A stretch of 64,000 nt of DNA from Eutreptiella sp. 'Long Island Sound 2002' (taxonomy: Eukaryota > Protista > Euglenida), in the NCBI GenBank assembly GCA_964036045.1, contig OZ038378.1:10602001-10666000 (forward strand), given 5' to 3'. A model generated the notes under the pieces. The model worked only from the letters and a program-made list of their open reading frames with translations, was not told the origin of the DNA and searched no databases. Below, one piece after another: positions 46,831 through 59,680 of the stretch. Made by a program: the position numbers and the translations under genes. The first letter of the stretch is position 1. Each line of letters starts with the position of its first letter.

Positions 46831-49800
46831 GAACCCACAAAAATCCCTGCCCCGGGTCATAGCTGAACTAGTCCCAAAGTCCCCTGCTTAGAAAAGGCTG
46901 TGCTGGCGCAAGAGGAATGGCGGTGGGAGCGCGAGGGGGGGGGGGGGGGGGCAAAGGAAGCCGGGAGGGGAGAAGGGGGGGCGTGCAGTTGTGGTGCCGT
47001 CTCATGAACAATGGTGTTCTGAATTTTTGATGGGTCAAGTTTGAATGCGCCATCCTCATCTCCAGAGCGTTTGCAGAGGCGACACCCATTCCAAGTACAA
47101 GCCTGAGCTCATTCGATTGACAGTCTTTCCCTCCCTCCCCCTGCCAGGATAATGGTAAAAGCACAAACAGCAGAGCAATGCATCAATCAGGTCCAGACGA
47201 CCATGTCTATGGAGGTGCATTGAAATCACTTGCTGAAGGGAGGGGCAAATAGTGGCAGGACAGTACATCCCTGAAATACATGTGCGGCCCGGCATCACAG
47301 GACAAACTTGGTCATCACAGACAACCAGAAAATGGAACCGCCAAATCCCACGGTTCCAAAAGCTGCAGAAACAGGTCAGCCTATTTAGGTCCTGCACGCT
47401 GTGCGTACAGGAGTCAGCACAGAAGCAGGACGTGGCAGAGCCATTGTGCCGCCCCCCAAGCCTCACCCTTAGTGTACACGGCGCGAGAGAAGGACCCGCG
47501 CCAAGGGCTCAGGTGTCTTCACTGTGGGCCCTCCCATGCCCCTTGCCCGGGGTCTCCGATCCTCTCGGGGGCGCCGATGCTCTCCCCTTCCCCTCATCGC
47601 CTGGCGACGTTACAGCAGCCGACCTGGTGAAGCCCAGAGCAAAGAGGCCGCGTACCGCGGCCGGGCGATGACGTCCTTGTGCTGGCGCTCTGCCTGCTGT
47701 GTTGGCCCCCGTGACCCCCCAACCCCGCTTGGGCTTGCTGGGGGTGGAGAGCCCTGGCGATATGGCTTGCAGCGGTCGCTTGCCCGCGGCCGTGGGCCGG
47801 CGGTTTGCCGAGGGCTGGCTGGGGTCCCCTTGCCCCCCCGCCTCCCTTGCGGGGCTGCCGGCTGGCTGCCCCCCTGTGCCTCTGCCCTCCAAAAGCCGCA
47901 GAAACAACACCTCGTGTTGTTCTGACAAGGGCGTTCCTCTCTCAGCGCGGGGGGGGGGGTTTTGGCATGACGCCATGGTGTGATGATCTCGTCTGCAGCT
48001 GGCGGCGCCTACTGGCCGATCGCCATTCACTGCCCTTCCCTTGGACCCTTTCCCTCCATAGGCGGTGGTGCCCATCAGCTTCTCACCACCCTTTGACCTT
48101 CCTCTTCCTCCTTGCCCTAACCTTCCCTCTCCCCTCCCCTTTCCCTTCCCTTGGCCTTTCCCTCCGTAGGCCACCGTGCCCATCGGCCTCACCACACTCC
48201 TTCCCTTCCCTTTCCCTTGGTCGGTTGTGCCAACGGAGCCCCCGGACTTGCCCTGTTTCACTTCTCTGCGTCGAGTCCACGCAGAGGAAGGCAAATGCCT
48301 TCGCCGTTGGCCAGGTGCGTCCAAGCGGCCATCCCAAGCCGGCGGTGAGGTACCTCTCCCCAACGGCGGCTGGTGGGCCCTGGGATGGCCACTTGCGGGG
48401 TCGTTTCCCCGACGGGGGCACATAACAACCTTTCTCCTCCAAGTTCCCGCGCTCAGTCCATCCTTTGGCGAGCGCAACACAAACCCCCTACCCTCTCCTT
48501 CATGCCTTTGCTGCGCGGACGGGGGTTGTGGGGGATGCGTGGGCGCACGGGGGAGTAGGATGTAGCGGGTGACTTGGGGTGGGCCTCTTACCGTCGCTGG
48601 CCGCCCACTTCGTTGCGCGACTCCCTGGACCACCTCAACATAGGAGCGAGTTGTTGTTGGGTTGACGGTGGTGTCCCGTGTTGGGTGGAGGTGCGCGGGG
48701 GGGGGGGGGGGGGGCTAGTTGCGAGTACCACAGGTGGCACGACATCAAGCGGTTCTTGAAGGGGGCATCAATGGTCAGGTTGCAGTGTCCGCATTAGGCT
48801 CCAGCTGCGCCTGCCCCATAGCTTTCATCACCTTCTGTCCATCGTGACCTCCAGGGGCGCCCCCCCCCCCCCCCCCGGGAGCAACACTCGCTGAAAACCA
48901 CATTACAGCAAACAGTAGTGGGTGGCAGTCTCAGGTACAATGTTGTTCTGAGTAAAAGCAACTCTTGGTCGATAAGCGGTTGAAAACCACATGCCATCTC
49001 ACACCCTTGACCACAAAACCTGCGCTCCGAACACAACAGTCAGACGGGGACGCTGTGCTCGAACAAGGCCGCGCCAGGGGGCGCAATCATCAGTCACACC
49101 GCAACAGTTTGAAGGTCCAAGGACCTCTCGAATCATACATACTCGAAGCTTTGCCCGGCCATCGTTCAAAGCAATGTGTATACCGACTGACTACATCGCC
49201 AACAATCGCAACAACACTGTAAAAGCACATCCCCTGATGCCCCAATACAGTAAGCAAATGGTTGCACTCCTGGTCTTCAAATCTGAGCGCGAGGTGGACT
49301 GAGAAACGGTAGAGGATACTCCAGACCGGCGGTAGAATACATTTCGGGGGGGAGCGTAAAACTTGCGTGTCCACGTGCACAGAGATGCATCCCTTTCACA
49401 CTGTACCGTCTTACCTTTGGTGTGCGAAGGGAACTCTTTGGGGAGCAACAAACCACGGGTTCAGACGCTCAAAAAATATCGCACCAACACGTGCTGGACA
49501 ATCCGATTGCTTCAGAAGACCCGTGTGGAATACGGAGAACATGCGGGAATTTAATACGATTCACTGCATGTGGATGGGGGTGAATGTGAAAGCAGTCGGA
49601 TGCGTGTGGGTGGATGTGGACAGACATGAGTGGAGGTGGAAGGATGTAGGTGGATGTGAATGGATGTGGGTGGATGGCGGTGAACGTTGATGGATATGAG
49701 GGGATGCAGCTGTGGGTGGTGGCTGTTCACTGTGAAAGGGTGTGGGAGGATGTGAGTGGGTGCAGCCCCGTGTGAAGAGATGTGGGTGGGTGTGAATGAG

Positions 49801-49886
49801 TGTGAAATGCTGCGGCTGGGCGTGGAGGGTAAGCGAGGAACCCGACTCCGATACGCCGCAGTGCTAGCGACAGTCGCATCTGGTCC

Positions 49887-50687
49887 TCAGGCGCGGTTCG
49901 CAATCTCCTGCCTCAAGAAGTGGACGATTTCCGAGTGGCCTTTAGCCCGCGCCACCATTTCCGGGGTCCAGTTGTCGATGTCCTTCGCACGCAGGTCCGC
50001 CCCGTGCCGCACCAGGACCTCGCACACGCCCAAGTGCCCCCGGGACGCGGCGACGCACAGCGCCGTCTGCCGGAACGTGCCATTCCGACACTCCATCCGC
50101 GCCTTCACCCATTCCCCGGCGTCACTAAGCCCGCCCCTCAGTAGGGCCTCCGCAAAGTCCGCCTGCCCATAGAACGCGGCCGTCAGCAACGGCGTGGCGC
50201 CGTAGTGGTTGGTGGCGCCCATGTTGGCCCCGAGGCGGATGGCCACCTCCGCAATGCGAACGTGCCCGAACTGCGCGGCCGTGTGCAGAACATTGTCCGT
50301 GCGGGGCGGGGGCTGCCACCAGTCCAAGCCCCGGGTGCGGGCCAGCCAGCGCACCACCCCCTCGTACCCGTGCTTGGCGGCGACATGGCCCCGGTCTGGC
50401 CGAGCAATCCCCCAGAAGAATGCAACGCCCGCCCGCAGGCCCTCCACAGGGTCTGTGTGCGGGTCCGGCAGGGGCTCACGGTCGGCGGCGTGCTCGCACT
50501 CCCCGGGGCACGCACAAAGGGGTATCCGCAGTGGACCGGCAGTCAGGTCGCGGCCAAGAAAAGTGTTGCACAACTGCGGAGACCGCAGCTGGGTTGCCCA
50601 GGGCCTGCACACCCGCCCTTGCGGGAGCGCCTGAGAGGCGTGCAGGCACAAGAGGATGTTTGCCAGAATGTCTGGAGGCAGCTCCAT
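49887..50687 (-). CDS. F-box-like + ankyrin-repeat protein, single exon
   Basis: N-terminal LPPDILANILLCL...GRVCRPW (F-box-like); ankyrin repeats NVLHTAAQFGHVRIA, TPLLTAAFYGQADFA, TALCVAASRGHLGVC; high GC3. Confidence 0.85.
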   Translation of the reverse strand: MELPPDILANILLCLHASQALPQGRVCRPWATQLRSPQLCNTFLGRDLTAGPLRIPLCACPGECEHAADREPLPDPHTDPVEGLRAGVAFFWGIARPDRGHVAAKHGYEGVVRWLARTRGLDWWQPPPRTDNVLHTAAQFGHVRIAEVAIRLGANMGATNHYGATPLLTAAFYGQADFAEALLRGGLSDAGEWVKARMECRNGTFRQTALCVAASRGHLGVCEVLVRHGADLRAKDIDNWTPEMVARAKGHSEIVHFLRQEIANRA

Positions 50688-51533
50688 GGCTCAAAATCAG
50701 TCTGGGCAGTGTACACGTGGGCATGGGCGAAATGGGCGGAGGCATGCGTGGGCGTAGACATCGGCATGGGGCATGGGCCCCACATTCTACCATCTCAGCA
50801 GCATGTGAGGGACATGCACGCATGGCACCATGCCCATGAGGAGCATGGACTGTGGTGCCATGCGCCCCATTCATTCAGCCTTCCCGCCCAAGACTTTTGC
50901 CCCGGCGCCTTGTTATTGTGTGCCCGCAAAGGGCGCGGACAATGGAACCCTCGCCTGGCCCTCTCGGGTTTCAATGAATCTGAGCAGACCAATGCTCCTA
51001 ACTGACACTGCCCCCGGCGATTTTAACACTGTGGGGCAGTCAAAGAAGGCCATGCATACAGGAGGGCGGGAACATTCACTTGCACGAAGAAAGGGGCCCG
51101 TTGTAGGGAAGTCGGGCTTTCAATTGCGGTGTGGGGGGCCATGATGTCAGGTTTTGAAATGGCTAGCATGATCCTGACTTCATGGCAGATTCACTCAGTT
51201 CGATGTTTGCAGATTCTTTTGCCTTGCTGACACTGCAACGCAAACCAGACCAGTGCTGAATGTTGCCTTGAGTTCACCACACGAGGTGGCTATTGAATGT
51301 TCTTGGACTGTCTGGGTCAGCTGTTCCCCCTCCCACGGCGTTGGTGAGTCATAAACCTTGCACACTGGGGGATAGAGAGCTCAAGGATTGGGTAAGATTG
51401 ATGTCTTAGGCCCACCCCCCATTCCCATCCACCGCAAAATACCAAGTGGCGTGGCCCACTCGAGGAAGTCCCAAAAATCAGAGTCTGCATAAAGGTAAGA
51501 GCAAGACCGGGTTCCCCCTAGCAGCGCCGGCAC

Positions 51534-51605
51534 CGCCTCTACAGGGCTCGAGCCCACATCTCTGGTATGCCAGCCAGGTGCGTTGTCCACTATGCGACGA
51601 CGGTT
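51534..51605 (-). other. tRNA-like relic / possible SINE head
   Basis: A-box-like TCGCATAGTGG, stem CTGG..CCAG, B-box-like GGGCTCGAGCCC; no clean acceptor stem. Confidence 0.4.
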
Positions 51606-53247
51606 GCGAAACTGGTCGCAAAACTGCCCGGCTACCAAACACTGAATGTGCCCTACTTTACCCCAAAAGTGTTCGGTATAGATCGTTGTACATGCAAGGG
51701 AACCAGGTTCCGCCAGCACCGTCGCCTCCACGGGCATTGACAGGAATCCCGAGAACACTGTGAGGTTCCAGCCAGGTGCGTTTTTGCTATGCTTTGCTTG
51801 CTCTTCCGAATTTCAGCCGCTCTCTCTGACCATCACCCACCCTTTCCTCCACCTCCCACGCATCTATGTTTCCCAACGGCGCCCACCCTACCGACTTGCC
51901 CACCCAGCCCTGGGTGCACCCTCTCGAGGCCCCCAGCAGTTGGGGCGATTCAATATACCCCGTGAACAGCCCTGGGGAGGGTGAAAAGATCGGCCTTGCA
52001 GGTTCTTGTCGGCTGGTTTCCTCGTGCATATGATAGGCGTCCACACTGTTCATATACCCGGGCACTCCAGGGGAAGGTGCTGATGGGTGGGGTAAAGCTC
52101 TGTCCGCGCCCCACCCCCTGTCCCGCGGTTCGCATATCAAACCCAAAACCAAATCTCGGCGTCCCAATGGCTCCTTCGGGTTACGGGGGATCAGGTGGTT
52201 CAGCCCCATCGGCGCATCCCAAGCAGCCTCGGGGTTGGAAGATTTGAACCGACGACTTCGCCTTGAGATCCCCTACTATTACCGCTATTACCGTTAGGGT
52301 ACCTGCTGGCACACCTGTCTTTGAACCATCGCTCCCCCGGCCACACTTCACAAAAACCGGTTGGTGGCTTCATGACCATACCCTGAGAGCAGCGGCCCAT
52401 ACACCTCATCCGCTGCATCCTCACTCCAACCACTCCCTCGGTCACTCTGCGTGTCATGGGGGGACGGTGAGGTCAATCCCTCTTCCTTTGAGCGTGATGG
52501 TTTGGGTCGCTAGTGTTTGGGGTTGTCACTGACATCCGTACTTCAATCCGTCCCAAGCAGGTTTTCCTCGAGTCCGTCTCCGGCACCCCCGGGAATGGAA
52601 TAGGCCTAGACTCCTCAGCACTCAACCCCTCTGATTCTGGCTGCGACTTGACCATTTCCACAAGGCTAAGAGACAACCATATCGACCCTGATTCCGGCTG
52701 CTCGTTGTCGGAGACGGCATCCCCTGCTCCTCGGCATGTGGGGCACGTGTTGTCCCCCCCCCCCCGTCTCCGGGCTCCCCCGTGCTCCGTGAGGGGGGGG
52801 GAAGGGGCTGTGGGGAGGGTGAGAGGCCAGTTGGGCCCAATGAGGCAGCACTCGCCCACAAAATGGCAACCCTACCCTGTTCGCCCCCCCCTTCCAGCTA
52901 GGAGAGGTCGGCGAGCGGTGTAAATCTCGGGGTACCGTTTTGTCTAAGGTGATCAAGGCACAGCAGGCTCACCAGGAGCTCCTAGGGCAGGGAAGAGCTC
53001 AGCACGCCCCAGAACCTTCCATCCACTAGGACACCCCAGTTTGGCACTCTGTGCACCTCTGACCCTCTGGGTCAGTCAAGGAATGCACGCCCCATGCACC
53101 CCTCTAGGGTTCAAGGTGTGCCACTGTGCCCCAACCCTGTGCCCTCAAACCCCCCACACAGGCCTTGAGTCCCCCGCAGCCCCCCCCCCCCCCCCCGCAT
53201 GCACTACACACAGGCACGGTGGTATCTCCCTCTCACCAGCGCCTTGG

Positions 53248-54844
53248 CAGGGGGGGGGGAAAAATGCGGTCGCCGGGATTGGAAAAAAATGCGGAAAAAT
53301 GCGGAAAAAATGCGGAAAATGCGAGAAAAAATGCGGCATAAAATGCGGTTTTGCTAAAATGCTATAGGACTCCCAAAACCCCTATGTTTATCAAGACGCA
53401 TGTTGATCTGTTGACACCATCGCTCCATCAATGTGAAGACTACGGCCCCGGCTCAACATGCAAAGCGTGGTAGGGAAGTCTCACCCTTCTACTGTGGTTT
53501 AGGAGGAGGGGCGTTACACCCTCGGCAAGAAGCAGCAGAGCCCCAATACTGCCTCCACCCCATACCCCATTGAAGCAACCGGCTATTCGCCCCTCAATGG
53601 ATAGCTTAACCGCCCGTAAGAATACGTTGGCGGCTGCCGGAAGCCTTCCCAAGCCCACAGGGTGCCCAGTCCAGTGCCAGCTAGCTTGTGACTCCAACAC
53701 AAAAACCACCGGGCGTTCCTCCAAACATGCTGCAACACGTGCTTTGCAGCGGCGACCACGGTGCTTCCCTCGTCGGAAATGACAAAGTTGATGCGGTCTG
53801 GATGAATCTGCGCAGTGGCTAAGGAGCTCAGAAGGGCACCCGCGATCTCTTTGTGCTCCACACCCCGCTGCGGACCCTTGCCCTCGAGGAAAGCAACGTC
53901 GATGCAGAACTTCAACCGGCCTCCAACATGGGCAATAATTGCAAGAACGGGCACCCCGCGTTCATCTGTCCACTCATCAAAAAGTAGTGTGGTGTTGCGG
54001 TCGGCAGTCTTCTTGTGAATTGCTCCTCGGTGCCCGTCAAGCACACGCTGGCCGTTGACTTTGGGGAAGTCAGAGCTGCCTTGCGGCAAGCAACCGGCAA
54101 TGGTGGTGTACTTCTGCAACCAAGCACGCACAAGGGGGTGATCCAGCTTGTCCAACGGGATGCCGGCACCGGCGAAGGCAAAGACCGTATCATCAGCGGC
54201 CTTGTTCTTGTCGTTGCATGACGCCACAACGGATTGTAGGCTGGGCTGCCTCATTGCGGCTTTATGAGGTAGAGCATCTGCCTCTGCCTCTAGGCGGCGC
54301 TCGACCTGTGCCTTCTCCCTCTTCTGCATAGTCTCAACGGCCACCTGGTGCTTTTTGGAGTCCAAATGACATTGGACTGTGCTCTTCGTTGTGTGGCTCA
54401 CGGGGCATCCACACGCATCGCACCATAGTACTTCAATACCAAGATCATTGGTGCGGAGACTCAGGGGATGGCCAGGGAATTGTTCCTTCCGCTTCCCAGG
54501 GCCCATGGTGCAATACTTTGCGCCGGCACCACCTCTCCCCTTACCACGTACTTTGCGGCGGGGTGGGCTATTTCCATCATCAGATGTGGGCTCAGAAGGA
54601 GGGCAATGGGAGGGCATAGCATGTGACATGTCTAAGGGAAAAGGAGCCATGTAACAAACAAAAGTGGCGGTGTTGGGAAGGTATGCAAACACTGACTTGA
54701 CTACAAAACTACCCTTTAGTTGAACTACACAATGCCACTTGAATGTATCCTCTTGAACATTACACTAAGGGACCTGCCCAGAAAATGCGAAAAAAAATGC
54801 GGAAAATGCGAAAAAATGCGAATCGCATTTTCCCCCCCCCCCTG
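53248..54844 (-). mobile_element. hAT-superfamily (CGGBP1-like) DNA transposon, internally defective
   Basis: TIR CAG+poly-G+AAAATGCG at both ends; CCTTGG duplicated at 53242-53247 and 54845-54850; AAAATGCG subterminal arrays. Confidence 0.85.
53583..54692 (-). pseudogene. hAT transposase, C-terminally truncated/frameshifted
   Basis: Zn finger LWCDACGCPVSHTTKSTVQCHLDSKKH; GIPLDKLDHP; catalytic-like FDEWTD, VISDEG; CWSH; catalytic E and dimerisation domain not seen. Confidence 0.8.
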
Positions 54845-55912
54845 CCTTGGTGGGGTTTGGGGACTGTCAGCAGTCTGGGCGGCTGTGAGACCAGACAACC
54901 AGAGGTCGGGACGTAGTCGTGCCGGAGAGGTAAGGAAGCACAGGCCGTGGGACCCGCCTTTGGTGCAAGCTGAGACCCAACGCAACCCAAACCTCCCCCT
55001 CCACACACCAATGACCTATGTCAACAAAAGCAGGTCACAAAAGGCATGGCACCGGACATCAGCTGTACTCCACAGAACCCAACCACACCCTTATCAACCA
55101 TCCCCCAGCCGATGCAGCCAGTGTGTTTGTATGCAACAGCGACGGAGAAATTCCCCAGTCAGATGCTCTGGAGGGTAGCAACCATCGCTCTTCTTATGGC
55201 CAAGTTACAGCCATGTGCCCTTAGGCAGTGAAGGAGCGTAGTGCCCCAGTAGCAGCCACATGACAGTGATTCCCCATGCCTGAAATCTGAGGCAGTCACA
55301 CAAAGCCAAGCACCGCACTCAGCGCTGGGTGGCTGTTGGCTTCGGCGCCCACACAGCATTAGGCTTCCAGGTTTCGTCTCCAGGGCCCGGGGCACCAGGC
55401 ACACACATGACCCACCCTGCAGGCTGACCCTGTGCACGCCCCTCCCCCCAGTGCATGCGTCTTCGCTCATAGGTTGGGACTAGGGCAGCAGGACCCAGTG
55501 CTACCCTGCACAATGATGGTTCACCCTTCCCAAGGCACACACAAAGGCACGGGGATGTCCCACCCGCATACACAATGGCAGGGTCTGGGGACTATCAGCG
55601 GTCCAGCAAGGACTCGACATTCGGGCTGTCACCTCAATTGTGCTGGGCACTGGGTGAGCTGTAACTTGAACCTGGCATATACTTGGAGGACTGTAGAAGG
55701 GACAACTCATGGGACCTCCAGCTGGTTGGTTCTGGCGGGGGTAATTCAGATATTTAGCCACCGACCTGGAATGCCCCTTAAGAGCAACAATCTGGCAAAC
55801 AGAGTCTCATAACAATCGTCATGTGTACAAGCAGTGCAAACTGGACATCCATCCATGAATTTCTCTTACTACATGCATGCACGCATGCGCGCACAGCATG
55901 AGCAGACCAAGC

Positions 55913-55948
55913 GAACACAACCACACACACACACACACACACACACAG
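55913..55948. repeat. (CA)n microsatellite
   Basis: Visible in sequence. Confidence 0.9.
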
Positions 55949-56299
55949 ATTTGACCGGCAGTTCGTGTGTTTGTTGATTTATATACGCCTTATACACTCA
56001 CACATTGTACCTGTTGCTCGTGCTGCTCTTGCTTGCCTTCATTTCATTGTTGGGAAACGATGCCTGTAAATTCCCAGCTCTGAAAGCATGTGTACAACAG
56101 CACAATGAACCCCCACACATCAAAGACCCAATCTGCAGGAGCTGGAGCATTGTTTGCTGTAGTTTTTTTCGTCTGCACTGTTGGCATTGTGTGCTGCCCC
56201 TTTAAATTTCGCTGGGCTCGTTTTCATTGAATTACTGATTAAGCACTTGACTCCGGAGGGGGGGTTTGGTTTGGTTTGGGTCAACGTCTCCCCAGGACG

Positions 56300-56570
56300 A
56301 CCAGACCCACGGTCAGCGCAACCGTCCCTGCGTGACTCGACTGAGTTGGGCGCTCCCGGCTGTCGCGGTCTCAAGGCGTGCCGGACTGCTAACAGCCCCC
56401 GAACCCCGCGGTGGCACACACGGGAGGGAGATACCGCCATGCCTGTGTGTGGCGTGCGCGCTGCTGGGGTGCCTTTGGGTCTGGGGGGGATCAATGGTCG
56501 GTTCCGATAGGCTGAATGTCCCCACCATAGACAATTCCAGCCATTAGTCCAGCAGTACTGCGAAGTCCTT
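56300..56570. repeat. dispersed repeat family with relatives at ~26040-26120, ~27140-27240, ~53195-53247/54845-54900, ~55545-55620
   Basis: GGGGATCAATGGTCGGTTCCGATAG..TGAATGTCCCC.CCATAGACAATTCCAGCCATTAGTCCAGCAGTACTGCGAAGTCC shared with 26040; GGGAGATACCGCC.TGCCTGTGTG shared with others. Confidence 0.8.
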
Positions 56571-57439
56571 TGGGTCTGGGGGGGGGGGGGCGGCAGTTTG
56601 TCGCCTGGTGCTCTAGGCGACGGCAGGGAGGCAGTGGGCGCCTGACACTAAGCCCGCCGGGGGAGTAGTCGGCCTGGACACTCCTCCGCCACGTCAACAG
56701 ACATGCCACTGGCCACCCCACGACTGCCTAGGGCACAGGGGCGGCTAAGCCTTGCACTCGACTGGGGGCTGCCCGCACTCCTTGATTGCATTGGCACAGG
56801 TGGTGCTGCTCAGGGCTGAGTGGCGTCCCACGGTGGATTGCGTCCCACGGTGGATTGGCTGCGCGGTTGGAGGGGCCCCGGGGCACGCTAAGCGCTGCCC
56901 TGCCCCCGGGCCTGCCCGGGTTGTTCACCCGAGTGGTGGTGCTACTATCCATGCAAGCGGGGAGGCCCAGAGGGCACACCACCCGAGTGACCGCTCCCTT
57001 ATCCGGAGGGAGGGGGGGATGGGGCTGGACTCGGTCTCGCTGCGAGCCGTGCCCCACCTATCTGTCAAAAACTCTGGGGGTGGGGGGGTGGGGGGGGGGG
57101 GCCGCTGTGGGAGGCTCAGGGGAGGGGGGGGGGGGGGAGGGGGGTGTTTTGAGGAGGGTGAGGGGGGCAGGAATCTCCTGACATCTGGGTATGCGACCTA
57201 GGTATCTGGACTCACACAGTGCCCCTGACCACAAGGATGCGCATCATGGGCTGCACAAATGAAGCAGCAGAACCACAACCTCCAGAACCCCGCACAACAA
57301 CTATCTATACTAATGCTACATCCTCGCTGTTTAGGGTCGGCATGGTCCATAGGCATGGCCGGGGGGTTCTACAAGCGGGGGCCGGGTTGGACGATCCTCA
57401 GTTTGGAATACCGTCTGCAGACATCCTTCAAGTAGCATG

Positions 57440-57511
57440 CAATTGAACTCGGAACTTGTCAATTTTGTCTTGCCTGAGGTCTGGTGCTTGGACCACTGAG
57501 CTACCGGAGGC
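57440..57511 (-). other. tRNA-like relic
   Basis: GCCTCCGGTAGCTCAGTGGTCCAAGCACC contains a perfect A-box TAGCTCAGTGG; weak B-box GAGTTCAATT; no complete cloverleaf. Confidence 0.4.
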
Positions 57512-59680
57512 CACCGCAGCGGTTGGAGATTAATCATCAGCACTTGGCAATTCACTAGTGGCGGTTAGCCACCAGCCGCCGGCGGTCCTGGACTTCCCTT
57601 CAGGCAAAAGAAAAAAAGCGTTCTTTGACGAAACCCTGGCCCCTTTTTGTAATCCTGATTGCGTGCTTCATCGCAACACAGGGTACAAACTCGTCTCCCC
57701 CGACCCCCCCTTCCACTGGTTCAATGACCAACAAAAAAAAAAACGATTTTGGCAGTTTGAATAGGGAGGTAATTGATGGAGTGTCTGTACCGATCAACAA
57801 ACACGCTGCTTGGACTGGCTGTCGGACAGGACTGTGGACACTTCTGAGGCAGATGTAGCAGTAGTAGTACTCATTGCAGTTGCAGACGGAGCGGACTTTG
57901 AACCAAAAGAGGGGTTTGGACGGGCTTTGCGGACACACAGCTCACAAATAGCCCAATCTTCTGCACAGTCAGGATGCTTCTGTCGAAGGGTACAATGATC
58001 CACCTCACCCAAACACAAAAAATCAACAGTTTCAGCATTCTTGGAGTAACATACATTGCAAGGCATGGTCTGGTCAAGAACACAGGGGCAGGGAAGAGAA
58101 ACAAAGGGGTGCCGAATATTGCCTATTTCTGTGGCATGGTTCCGAGAACCCACTGTACGGGCCGCTGTACGGGGCAAAACAGGGAATCCGGGATTCTCGG
58201 GGGGCCATGAGGCAACGGATACTGGGCTCGCATACGCCCCCGTGTCACAGGCGCATGGTCATCACCACATAGTTCAGTGTTTTTCCTTGCTGCACTGCAG
58301 CGCAGACCAGTTCTGAACCACACCAGGTGGCTGCTGACTGTGCTTGGAATCCCCTTTGTACACGATAGTATGCACGAAGTCCCCCCCCCGCTACCTCCCC
58401 CCCCTACCTCAGCTCGCTTCGCTCAACGTGGGGGCCAGCCCCTGCACCCCCCTCAAATAACAAGACTCCTGCGGTGGCCACAGGCCGCCTTGTGTGTGCA
58501 CCGCCTTGTATGTGCACCGCCTTCTGTGTGTATGCCCCCCCTTATCCCCCCCCCCCACACCCTACCTCCAAGGTGGGGGGGGGCGGGGGGGAGGGTGACT
58601 TCGTGCGATATATGGTTGGAGAGTTTGCGTCTACCCCCCCTCCCTCTCCCAATGAGACCAAATTCCCCAGAGGCAATATCCCCCCCTTCGGGGGGCTGTC
58701 TCTTTAACCACACCATCCTCGCCTACAACCCAAACACCCGGCTAACCTGCATTCCACACCTGCAGCCGCCTCCGGAGCTCCTTCACTTCGGCTGCAATTT
58801 TGTCCAGCAGCTGCAGGTCGCTCAAACTACTCAGCGCCTGCATTGCAGCCGCAGGTGCAATCCGGCGGGGCTGGCAGACAGGGGCCGGCCCCGACCCACC
58901 CAGGCAAACACGCACAGATACACACACGAGGGAAAGCAACCATAACACCTTGCAGTGATCACACTCATGCGCGTATATGCACACAGGGGCACGCGGGCAC
59001 ACGGGCACAAAGACAGACCTTATGATCAGTGTTGTGTTGTCGCTTCTTCGTTCGTTGTCGTTCTGGGGAGGAAGACAAATGCACACAGGTCTCCCATTGA
59101 AACATTGCTGGCCTCCAACGTGGCTGCACCAGACACAACTATAGGAGCCGAAGGCACCTACAACCCAGAATCCACTGATTGGGGGGCTGGTGATGACGTG
59201 CTTGAAGACTGAAGAACGCACTGGGGCGTGCAGAGCGAACACATAAGTCACAAACTGCCCCTTGACCAGCATGAGGGTACTTGTCCCCAGAAAAGTTTGA
59301 TCAGTGGGACAATGAATCCCAGGGGACCAGAGACGCGTCTTTTTGTGGGCAGTAAAAACACTTCATGGTGCCAATCTGAACAACCAATAGAGAAAAAAAA
59401 GGTATTATCCAGTGTCCCAAAGTAAATGATGCACATCTTAGAGTGAGGCCTCCAAATCAGGTGTCCTAGAATCCCAGAAGCCCCAATAAATCGGCAGAAC
59501 GAATCGGCAGAATCACAGAAACCCCACCAATCGGTAGAACAAATCGGCGAAATTCAGAAATCCAACAAATCGGCAGATCAAATCGGCGCTGTCGGCCGCC
59601 AATTTGCGGGGGGGGGGGGGGGGGGGTTGTCCTTCTGTGCACTGCTGCACTGTTGGGGAACAGTGGGCAGTGGGACTTGG

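Noticed and set aside
47509-48633. 374-aa G/K-rich ORF
   Set aside because: Low-complexity purine/pyrimidine-skewed sequence with no domain; likely a repeat, but no second copy in the window to confirm.
50183-51005. ORFs overlapping the ankyrin gene
   Set aside because: Antisense or alternate-frame shadows of a GC-rich CDS.
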